Part shown: piece after piece, positions 59,559 through 64,000 of the stretch
How the letters are laid out: the number at the start of each line of letters is the position of its first letter
Numbering within the stretch: the first letter of the stretch is position 1
Assembly (NCBI GenBank): GCA_963748815.1
Contig: CAVVKJ010000010.1
Span: 576,001 to 640,000 of the forward strand
Length of the DNA stretch: 64,000 nucleotides
Direction of reading: 5' to 3'
Origin: an uncultured Gemmatimonadales bacterium
GTDB lineage: Bacteria > Gemmatimonadota > Gemmatimonadetes > Gemmatimonadales > GWC2-71-9
Program-made: the position numbers and the translations under genes
Notes under the pieces: model-generated
Told to the model about the DNA's origin: nothing
The model's input: the letters and a program-made list of their open reading frames with translations, nothing else
Database searches by the model: none

Positions 59559-60710
59559 ATGCCGTGTTGTTCGGGTCACTCAGCTGCCCGCTTTCGCGGC
59601 GCCACTGGCCTCGCCGCCGCGGCGCTGGTCCTGGGCGCGTGCGCCAGCGTCCCGACGCAGTCAGCCAGTATGCAGGCATCTCCCAACGTCACGGTCTCCG
59701 CCTCCAGGCTCCAGCTCCAGGTGTTCGAATTGGGACGCGCCGTCTCGGCGTTGATCGAGGAGGCGGCGGACAGTATCGAGGACTCGTCAACCGATCCGGT
59801 CGTCCGCCGGACCGCACTGCTGTGGAAAGTGTCGGGCATCCCTCTCGTCCAGGAGGCGGCGCTCCGCATTGATCCGCTGGTGGCCGGAGTCGATCTCGTG
59901 GCGCTGACGATGCAGCAGCTGGACTATTTCACGACCGGCGCAGGCCGTGACGCGTTCGGCCCTCAGCAGTTCATCGCCGTCGCGGCGGCGCGTGAATCCG
60001 AACGGCTGGCGATCGCGCTCGCCAAGGCGAGCGTGCGGAGCGGCACCTACCGGCCGCAGTTCGAGGCGAACGTCCGGCAGTGGGCGGCCGACCACCCGAT
60101 GCATGGCCCAACGCTCACGCGGGCCTCCGTCCTCAATTCGGAGTGGGAGGCGCTCGGCATCAGCACGGAATCACTGCAGGCCACCATCGCCAACGTCGAT
60201 CGAACGCTCGTGAACATCACCTACCGCCTGAGCTACCTGAATGAGACGCTGGCCGCGCAGGCGCGCTGGAACGCCGAGCTGGCGCTGGGTGACGTCCTCG
60301 TCGCACCCCAGAGCGAATCGATCTACTCCACCTTCACCTCGGCTCTCGGGTCGGTTGGCATGTTCGCCGACAGCGTACCGCTGCAGCAGGTGCTCGATCA
60401 GGAGCGGCTCGCGCTGATGGCGGATGTGGACCGCCAGCGCGTCCTCGCCTTCGAGGACGTCGCCGCCCAGGTCAGCATCCTGCGGGCCGCGCTGACCTCC
60501 GAGCGGGAAGCGCTCATGGCCGAGGTCGCCGAGGAGCGTGTGGCGATCTTTGCCTCCGCCGACACGCTCGCGGCACGCTCGATCATCCAGTCGGAGGCCG
60601 TGTTGCGGCGGCTGGTGCTGCAGATCGTCGCGGGAGCCCTGGTCGTGGTCCTGGCGCTGCTGGGGTGTGGAATGATCCTGATCAAGCGATGGAAGACAGC
60701 GACAGCCTAG
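59559..60710 (+). CDS. Hypothetical lipoprotein-like protein with coiled coil and C-terminal TM helix
   Basis: LAAAALVLGAC lipobox; helical repeats (ERLAL, QRVLAF, EREAL, ERVAIF); C-terminal hydrophobic helix followed by KRWK. Confidence 0.75.
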   Translation: MPCCSGHSAARFRGATGLAAAALVLGACASVPTQSASMQASPNVTVSASRLQLQVFELGRAVSALIEEAADSIEDSSTDPVVRRTALLWKVSGIPLVQEAALRIDPLVAGVDLVALTMQQLDYFTTGAGRDAFGPQQFIAVAAARESERLAIALAKASVRSGTYRPQFEANVRQWAADHPMHGPTLTRASVLNSEWEALGISTESLQATIANVDRTLVNITYRLSYLNETLAAQARWNAELALGDVLVAPQSESIYSTFTSALGSVGMFADSVPLQQVLDQERLALMADVDRQRVLAFEDVAAQVSILRAALTSEREALMAEVAEERVAIFASADTLAARSIIQSEAVLRRLVLQIVAGALVVVLALLGCGMILIKRWKTATA

Positions 60711-60845
60711 GGGCGGGACTCGAGCCGCCGGCCGAGGCCCAAAAGAAAGGCCCCCTTTCGGGGGCATAGCAGGGGCGGGACTCGACGCGAAGCGCGGGGC
60801 CCTGACTTCGGGGAGTGGAACGACCATAGCAGGGGCGGGACTCGA
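60709..60845 (-). repeat. Three direct copies of the tRNA 3'-end sequence at ~60-nt spacing
   Basis: AGGGGCGGGACTCGA at 60709, 60771 and 60831; the latter two extend to CATAGCAGGGGCGGGACTCGA (60765-60785, 60825-60845). Confidence 0.9.
60741..60765 (-). terminator. Rho-independent terminator downstream of the tRNA site
   Basis: Minus strand GCCCCC-GAAA-GGGGGC followed by CTTTCTTTT. Confidence 0.8.
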
Positions 60846-60870
60846 ACCCGCGACCCCGGCATTATGAGTG
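60827..60870 (-). other. Displaced 3' half of a CAT-anticodon tRNA (elongator Met or Ile2): attachment-site duplicate
   Basis: Reverse complement CA CT CAT AA TGCCG GGGTC GCGGG TTCGAGT CCCGC CCCTGCT A comprises anticodon loop, variable loop, T arm and 3' acceptor strand. The sequence upstream cannot form a D arm or 5' acceptor strand. Confidence 0.85.
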
Positions 60871-61190
60871 ACAGATGGCCGGGGCACGAGTAACCCCGAC
60901 CTCCTCTCCATCCCATACAGAGTCCAACTCAAGTCCATCAGACCACACCAGCCATTCTTCAGCTGGTGGTTCAGGCGATCCCGGCACGAGTGCCGGGGCC
61001 GGATCGCGCAGTCGTACCGTTGAGCTGCGGCGCTGGAATGTGCGCGGCAAGCATGGCGAGAAGCCGCGCAGAAGCCCGTCAGAGCCACGGAACTCGGCTG
61101 ACGCACCGACACGGGCCGCGAAGGAGCCGCAGGCTCCCCGTGGGCCCGCAGGGCACACGGAAGCGAACTCCGAAGGAGAGAGCGTCGAGA

Positions 61191-61217
61191 CGGGGCCGAA
61201 GGCCCCGCCCCTTGATA
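61191..61217 (+). promoter_or_regulatory. Candidate rolling-circle double-strand origin (pC194/phiX174-type nick site)
   Basis: Hairpin CGGGGCC-GAA-GGCCCCG (61191-61207) immediately followed by CTTGATA (61211-61217), just upstream of rep. Confidence 0.68.
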
Positions 61218-61282
61218 CGTTAGCAGAACTCGACCACAACCAATCTGCCAAGAGCAAGGAAAAGCTTGCCAAACGGGCCAAG

Positions 61283-62125
61283 ATGAAGAACATCACGGTC
61301 CCAATTGCCATCGGGCTTGCGGAACTCAGGACGCCTCTCGAGAAGAGCTATCGCAACACCTTCTACTGTGCCGGGCTGTTGGTCCAGGATAGGGATGGTA
61401 AGCTGCGGGGGCTATTTTGCGGCAATCGTTGGTGCTTGGTCTGTAGCCGGGTACGGAGTGCCAGGGGGATCGACAGATACATTCCGGTCATTTCCGCCTG
61501 GTCGGACCCGCAGTTCGTTACCCTGACCTTGCCCAATGTTCAAGCCGCTGAACTGGCCGCGACCATTGCCCAGATGCTCCGTGACATACTTGCAATTGGC
61601 AGAGCGATCAAGCGGACAGACAAACTGCCCTTGCAGGCGTTGCGGAAGTTGGAATGCACCTACAACGCACAAGTAGGATCCTATCACCCCCATTTTCATC
61701 TCGTGGTAGGGGGAAGAAAAGTCGCTGAGGCGATGGTTAGGAGATGGCTGGCGCTCCACCCTGATGCATCTCCCGCCGCACAAGATATCCGGCCATGCGA
61801 CCTGAACTCCATGAAGGAGATGTTCAAATACTTCACCAAACTACTTGCCAAGGACTCCGGTGCGGAAACCCGCCGTTCCGTTGCTCCGCTCCATGCGCTG
61901 GACGTGATCTTCACTGCGATAAAGGGGAAGCGCGTCTTTCAGCCGATGGGATTTAAGGTGAACGTCCCCCCGGCTCAGGACGACAACGCTGAAATCGGGC
62001 AACTGTCAGGTACCGTCTCACCAACGCGTCGGGGAGAAAAGGTGGCTTGGGAGTGGGTCCAGGGTCTACACGACTGGATAGACCTTGAGACAGGCGATGC
62101 GTTGTCCGGCTTCGAGGGAGTGTGA
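61283..62125 (+). CDS. rep: Rolling-circle replication initiator, Rep_1 (pC194/pUB110-like HUH endonuclease); frame is open from 60875, start uncertain
   Basis: N-terminal C...FCGNRWCLVC; motif I FVTLTLPN; KLECT; HUH motif YHPHFHLVV; motif III EMFKYFTK. Confidence 0.88.
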   Translation: MKNITVPIAIGLAELRTPLEKSYRNTFYCAGLLVQDRDGKLRGLFCGNRWCLVCSRVRSARGIDRYIPVISAWSDPQFVTLTLPNVQAAELAATIAQMLRDILAIGRAIKRTDKLPLQALRKLECTYNAQVGSYHPHFHLVVGGRKVAEAMVRRWLALHPDASPAAQDIRPCDLNSMKEMFKYFTKLLAKDSGAETRRSVAPLHALDVIFTAIKGKRVFQPMGFKVNVPPAQDDNAEIGQLSGTVSPTRRGEKVAWEWVQGLHDWIDLETGDALSGFEGV

Positions 62126-62205
62126 CTCGCGCTGCAGGCTTCCCAGCAGCCACTTCCGTATTGGCTACAACCTTGAGCCCCATCCATACGTTGCCGTGGA
62201 ACGCA

Positions 62206-62919
62206 TCATTTTTGGCGAAAGTGATCTTCGCGGTATTTTGAGAAGTAGTACAGTACTGATCGTTCCGCTATGTCCTTCATTACATCCGCCATTTCGGCAA
62301 CGGTCCACTTCTCCGGCCTGAAATAGAAACTGCCACGATTGAACTTTCCGGCCTCCTCATTGTGCAGATATGTCGTATTCAACTTGCCAAACATGGCCAT
62401 CGTACTGACTCGGTCCAGAATCGACGAGTCCGCTTCAAAATCGCAACCGTAGCCGAAGCACACGAAAGGGAAGATACTTTCGCGCATGAGTGCTGCTCGA
62501 AGCCCAACAAGGTTCTTCCCCAGACGCTCTATCGCGTTTCCTCTTGCCTGCTTCTGAAGCCCTTCCTTTTCGCGAAGATCGTTTGTTCCCTGGTTTTTTA
62601 CTTCAGCAATCAGGAGAGGGTACGACAATGAGTCGCCCGGCTTTCCTTTCATGTAGAGGAAACCACCATCTGGACGAATCGAACTCGTGTCGAAATGGTA
62701 GTGGAAGGTCACATCAGGGTAACTCTGCCTGAGCTCGGCAACGATGTTCTTTAGGTACCACTGACTTTCATGGACTAGGCCAATGCGCTGTCCGAACTTG
62801 GCGTCGAGATGTGCGATCACAATCGCCAATGCTCTCATGACATCAGACTCTTGCTTCTTCGATGTCGTATTGATGACCGTGCCGGCCCGCTGAGTTCTGA
62901 GTTGGTGCTTGCGCGCCAT
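62206..62919 (-). CDS. EcoRI-family type II restriction endonuclease
   Basis: SIRPDGG...IAEVKNQG (PD-(D/E)xK core) and GNAIER..KN, ESIFPFVCF.GCDF parallel EcoRI IKPDGG/AEAKHQG/GNAIERSHKN/ESHFPY. ATG at 62919. Confidence 0.85.
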   Translation of the reverse strand: MARKHQLRTQRAGTVINTTSKKQESDVMRALAIVIAHLDAKFGQRIGLVHESQWYLKNIVAELRQSYPDVTFHYHFDTSSIRPDGGFLYMKGKPGDSLSYPLLIAEVKNQGTNDLREKEGLQKQARGNAIERLGKNLVGLRAALMRESIFPFVCFGYGCDFEADSSILDRVSTMAMFGKLNTTYLHNEEAGKFNRGSFYFRPEKWTVAEMADVMKDIAERSVLYYFSKYREDHFRQK

Positions 62920-62923
62920 TCCC

Positions 62924-64000
62924 CTACCTCCGCTCCACCAAGAACAACTGCTCGGTGACATGGATTGAACGATTTGTAAAGTTCCTACTGCCCCTGAACG
63001 CGTTATAGCGAGTTTCGAGCACCTCCACCGTCCCGATTTCGCTGAGCATCGCCCTCATGGCTTCAGGTGAGATGAAGCCTTCATTGTTGAAGGAAATTAG
63101 TAGGTAGGGTGCATCGATTGAATGAAGCAAGCCCTCCAACAGTTTGGGCGACTTTGCCTTGACGTTGTAGCCGGATCGCCTCCAGTCCTGTGGGATACCG
63201 GACACCCGGCTGACTTGAGATGGTTCCTCATAAGCTACCAGCAGGTTGAGCATGAAATAATTTGAGCCGTACGGATGCTGGTTATACGGTGGGTCGATGT
63301 ATGCTAGATCGAGACCTTTAAGGAGGGGCGCCAACTCATTCGTGTCGCGTTGGAACACCTCATAATCACACTCGAAATTGCTGAGCACCGGCACATCGAG
63401 CTTGACCTCCCCCGTGATTCTGACGAGTGCGTCCGACCCACTACCCCCAAACTGGCCTATCTGCGTTTCACGATTCTTGTAGAAACCCTTGAATACGCCG
63501 GCAGTGTTGGCGTGAATTGAGGCACGGCTCAGGAGTGGGCCTAGGATAAGGTCCCTCATCTTCATCGGAGCTGAGTCAATCAGCCGCCGAAAGTTGTCGA
63601 GGCGACGCGCATTATCATTTGTGTAGAATACCCGGTCATCTTTGGTGATTGCCTCCTCATTCGCCGGTGAGTACAGGGTTTCAATAAACCCCTTCGGGAA
63701 AGGCTCGCTCAAGACGCGATCATTGAAGTCGTCGATCATTTCAGTCAGTGCAACTTGGTCGACCTCGCTTCGATTACTCAGGTAACAGCGCGATATGACC
63801 GCAGCGTAGTCCTCCATGTCGTTACACACTATGGACGAGGAGTGCGCCTTGAAATAGCGCGACACAACCCCAGACCCGCTAAACGCATCAAAGACGCGAA
63901 GCTTCGATTTTTTCAACCGATGCTTCACTCGCTCCACGGCAGTCCCGATCTGTCCGAGCAGGGCCCGCTTGTTGCCGATATAGGTCAACAGTTGGCGTGC
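62924..64000 (-). CDS. N6-adenine DNA methyltransferase (D12/Dam-like class); 5' end beyond the window
   Basis: TYIGNKRALL, SAM-binding FDAFSGSGVVS, catalytic YIDPPYN; frame open to the window edge (ARQLLTYIG). Confidence 0.92.
   Translation of the reverse strand, partial: ARQLLTYIGNKRALLGQIGTAVERVKHRLKKSKLRVFDAFSGSGVVSRYFKAHSSSIVCNDMEDYAAVISRCYLSNRSEVDQVALTEMIDDFNDRVLSEPFPKGFIETLYSPANEEAITKDDRVFYTNDNARRLDNFRRLIDSAPMKMRDLILGPLLSRASIHANTAGVFKGFYKNRETQIGQFGGSGSDALVRITGEVKLDVPVLSNFECDYEVFQRDTNELAPLLKGLDLAYIDPPYNQHPYGSNYFMLNLLVAYEEPSQVSRVSGIPQDWRRSGYNVKAKSPKLLEGLLHSIDAPYLLISFNNEGFISPEAMRAMLSEIGTVEVLETRYNAFRGSRNFTNRSIHVTEQLFLVERR

Larger units (their letters stand above)
60827..64000. mobile_element. 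tRNA-integrated element (one end only) carrying rolling-circle rep and a type II R-M system
   Basis: Bounded by the tRNA 3' fragment; visibly AT-richer than the flanking DNA; contains rep, dso, REase and MTase. An integrase and the intact tRNA are not in the window. Confidence 0.8.

Noticed and set aside
60709..60845. CRISPR mini-array
   Set aside because: The repeats are identical to the tRNA T-arm/acceptor 3' end, differ in length, one spacer is a terminator, and no cas genes are present in the window.
60827..60900. Complete tRNA-Met gene
   Set aside because: Only the anticodon loop through the 3' end is present; the upstream sequence cannot form the D arm or 5' acceptor strand.
60875..61282. 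N-terminal 136-aa extension of Rep
   Set aside because: Low-complexity translation overlapping hairpins and the candidate nick site; more likely non-coding origin DNA, although a start slightly upstream of 61283 cannot be excluded.

Overview
High-GC bacterial chromosome segment. The gene complement and protein styles suggest Gemmatimonadota (inference). (1) 1-33 kb, all on the minus strand and tightly coupled: housekeeping block tilS-hpt-ftsH-folP-DUF2723-yggS-divIVA-ileS-dksA/traR-lspA-rluD, then a ~18 kb signalling cluster, a small membrane ORF, tRNA-Val(TAC) and a truncated exported protein. The cluster combines a receptor-less Firmicute/archaeal-style chemotaxis set (cheW x3, cheY, cheA, cheC, cheR, cheD, cheB) with an MglA GTPase, three roadblock/MglB-like proteins, two DUF4388-MshEN-like-TPR paralogs, further TPR proteins and a protein made of two DnaA-type AAA+ modules with no DNA-binding domain. 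ftsH and tilS each carry a single-base frameshift, probably a sequencing error. (2) 33-60.7 kb: accessory envelope and metabolic genes, including two tandem triplets of exported paralogs, a TspO fusion, a DUF6067 glycoside-hydrolase-like protein, an iodotyrosine-deiodinase-like nitroreductase, an M28 peptidase, msrA, a cysteine synthase, an MltF-like enzyme and a sulfurtransferase. (3) 60.7-64 kb: left end of an AT-richer island bounded by the displaced 3' half of a CAT-anticodon tRNA, with two shorter copies beside it. It carries a rolling-circle Rep with a pC194-type CTTGATA nick site and an EcoRI-family restriction-modification pair. Four genes appear to start at CTG. All family assignments come from motif recognition by eye; no database searches were run.
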